A stretch of DNA of 63,348 bases, filler included, from Octopus bimaculoides (Eukaryota): NCBI RefSeq assembly GCF_001194135.2. It is 6 parts of 5 records of this genome, joined end to end, with 100 filler letters (N's around TTAATTAATTAA, not from the genome) between each part and the next. Parts side by side here need not be neighbours in the genome. Positions count along the whole stretch, not along the records: positions 61,124 to 63,348 come from NC_069003.1; 5 more parts are not named here. One strand, 5' to 3'. Both the position numbers and the translations under genes were made by a program. This document shows positions 61,163 to 63,348 of this stretch, one piece after another. Below the pieces are notes generated by a model. That model was not told where the DNA came from, ran no database searches, and saw nothing but the letters and a program-made list of their open reading frames with translations. Every line of letters starts with the position of its first letter. Position 1 is the stretch's first letter.

Positions 61163-61530
61163 TGTGTAAGCTTGCTTCCCAACCACATGGTCCTGGGTTC
61201 AGTCCCAGGTTCATATTATTCAAAGGAAAAGCAAAGGCCGGTACATCTTGACACCAGTGACGTCGCAACGCATTGATGGAGCTGAGTGAACTGGAGCAAC
61301 GTGAAATAGAGTGTCTTGCTCAAGAAAACAACACACAGCCTGGTCCATAAATTAAATTGAATACCTCATGATTGTGGGCCCGACGCTCTAATCACTGAGC
61401 CATGCACCTTCAGTACAGATTTTATATGAAATAAAGTGTCTTGCTGTAGGACACGACGCACCGCCGCGAATCGAACTCGCGACCTTGCCATCGTGAGCCG
61501 AAAATCCTAACCACTAAGCCACACGCCTTG
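61160..61530. mobile_element. SINE cluster (A head +, D -, C-like head -)
   Basis: Blocks match the copies at 14046 and 16764. Confidence 0.7.
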
Positions 61531-61719
61531 TTAGGGAGATTGTTAGTCGGTTACATCGACTCTAGTGCAGACGAGTTTCTGTGACGTTACGCTTAATTAG
61601 CAATGAATATTGAACCAGTCATTCATAGCCTTATAAGAACAACCGTTCTTATATATAAGAACAGCATATAGTACATAATAGGCTTGGTTTCATGCTCTTA
61701 CTTGATGGGGCTGGGGTCA

Positions 61720-61970
61720 CTTTAAGTTAGTAGTCCCAGAGGCGTCATCATGCGTACAGTCGACCAGGTCCATCACTGCTCTCCTTCGCTAGCAGTGCCG
61801 TGCCATCTCCTCTGCATCCTCCTCCAAGGTGACGCCAAGCCTCTTGAGTTCTTCCGAATGATGTCCTCCGTCTTCCGTTAGATCAAGGGTTCTCTACCAT
61901 TTTTTCTTTTGTCTATGGACACCTTTGACTATTATTTTGTTCAGGTGGACTCCCATAGCCATTCGATTTT
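61720..61970 (-). pseudogene. RTE-like LINE RT C-terminal remnant
   Basis: LNKIIVKGVHRQRKK..EELKRLGVTLEEDAEEMAR..RRAVMDLVDCTH. Confidence 0.55.
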
Positions 61971-62049
61971 TAAAAACTAGTTTTATAGAAACTTCTTTCA
62001 AAATTCGTATTTTGCTTTTTACACATTTACTTCTGTAGGTTGAACTACG

Positions 62050-62226
62050 TAAAATATTAAAGAAAAATACCTGGCTGTTTCTTGCAATATATATATCTAA
62101 AGCAAAATATTTTCAGGGGCCCTTAAATACTCTTGTGGATCCCCAATTTACTATTTTGTCGTGTGGATCCCCAAAACTCTTATATGGATCCTCAGGAGCC
62201 ATATGAACCCTGGTTGAGAACTACGG
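62050..62226. mobile_element. hAT-type MITE right end
   Basis: GGATCC-rich subterminal repeats, terminal GGTTGAGAACTACGG, and flank CACTAGAT. Confidence 0.55.
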
Positions 62227-62234
62227 CACTAGAT

Positions 62235-62326
62235 CATCCCAACAAGGCTTTACCTTCATTCGATGCAGCAGCTACGGGCCGGAAGAGGTCTCGTGGCAGG
62301 CCCCGCACCAGGTGGCTGGACGTACA
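62235..62326 (+). pseudogene. RTE-like RT C-terminal fragment
   Basis: ATGRKRSRGRPRTRWLDV motif. Confidence 0.6.
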
Positions 62327-62372
62327 TATAAGTACCAGCAAAATCAAAAACGAAAATGCCGCCCACATTTAC

Positions 62373-62487
62373 CATTCTTGATAAACATTTCAACAACAAG
62401 CTCAGGGCATGCACCGGTGCAAAGCATAGTGTTAACTGATACAAAAGCGATAAAAGTTAAGCTGTAGGTTGACACCATTGTCGTCAT
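62373..62487 (-). CDS. Candidate signal-peptide exon (MTTMVSTYSLTFIAFVSVNTMLCTGACPELVVEMFIKN)
   Basis: ATG, hydrophobic stretch and a phase-1 donor AATG|GTAAAT. No downstream exon was identified. Confidence 0.2.
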
Positions 62488-63299
62488 TTCCCTAACTTTG
62501 CTACCGTCAAAGCAATGGCCGCCTAAAATTTGCGATGCTTTTTTTCTGACGCAGCTTGTATCTGTTGTATATGGACTTAGTATCAGAAATTGATGATACG
62601 CACAAGCAACAAGAAAACGTGCACACACACATACACACATTTGAGCGTGCGCACACACATACACACGCAGACACATGCAGACACACACACCCACACACGG
62701 AGAGACACGCACACAGACACACACAGATGTATACACATACACAGATACACACACAGACACACAAACATACAGATACAGACATACATGAGTACACATACAC
62801 AGACATGTGTACATATGCACACACACACACACACACACCCACACACCCACACACACACACACCCATACACACAGGTAACTGTGCTATTTAATATCAAATT
62901 AGACTTGATGTTCGGTGTTATTTAAACCGTGAACTTTCAGTAACAAATTTGTTTGTTTTTTGCCTCTTCTATATTTTATATAAATGTGTTTTTGTTCTTT
63001 AAATAAATAACAGAAGGATATCCATGAAATATTATATTATGACAGTCTTTTCTTGTAAAAGGTCTCGGTTTCCTCTTTCTCTCTCGTATAAACACAACGG
63101 GGAGCGCGTGCATGCATACATACATACATACATACATACATACATGCACGCGTACACGAACGCACACGAGCAAGCACACACGAAATATAAAGAAATACAG
63201 GTGCACGTGCCCAGAGATATAGACGTATATGCACAAGCGTAAGCACTTCCATCAACACACATACATATATACATACACACACATACATACATATATATA

Positions 63300-63348
<49 letters not shown>

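Overview
This is a repeat-dense, AT-rich eukaryotic scaffold window with many N gaps. It is very probably from an Octopus genome, inferred from the tRNA-derived SINE families, the microsatellite density and TTAGGG-type repeats; no search was run. No complete protein-coding gene can be supported, and almost all ORF-track entries are microsatellite or N-gap artefacts. Recognisable coding remnants all belong to transposons: a Penelope-like RT (1.3-2.6 kb), a Chapaev-type transposase split by a hAT MITE (2.9-4.4 kb), two R4/NeSL-like REL-endonuclease LINE 3' ends sitting in TACA/AC microsatellites (5.0-5.6 kb and 32.5-32.9 kb), a Tc1/mariner transposase (11.4-12.2 kb), RTE LINE 3' ends and a Helitron helicase fragment. 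At least four tRNA-derived SINE families are present (labelled A-D here). The most notable signals are: (1) several distinct minimal hammerhead-ribozyme elements, including one with a tRNA-like Pol III head and a 5' fold-back, and one with an intact catalytic core; (2) apparent TACA-microsatellite targeting by an REL LINE; (3) a 26-bp array rich in GTCATAAA; (4) a TIR element carrying telomere-like repeats; (5) promoter-like motif clusters and CpG-depleted domains that suggest host genes whose exons could only be tentatively identified.
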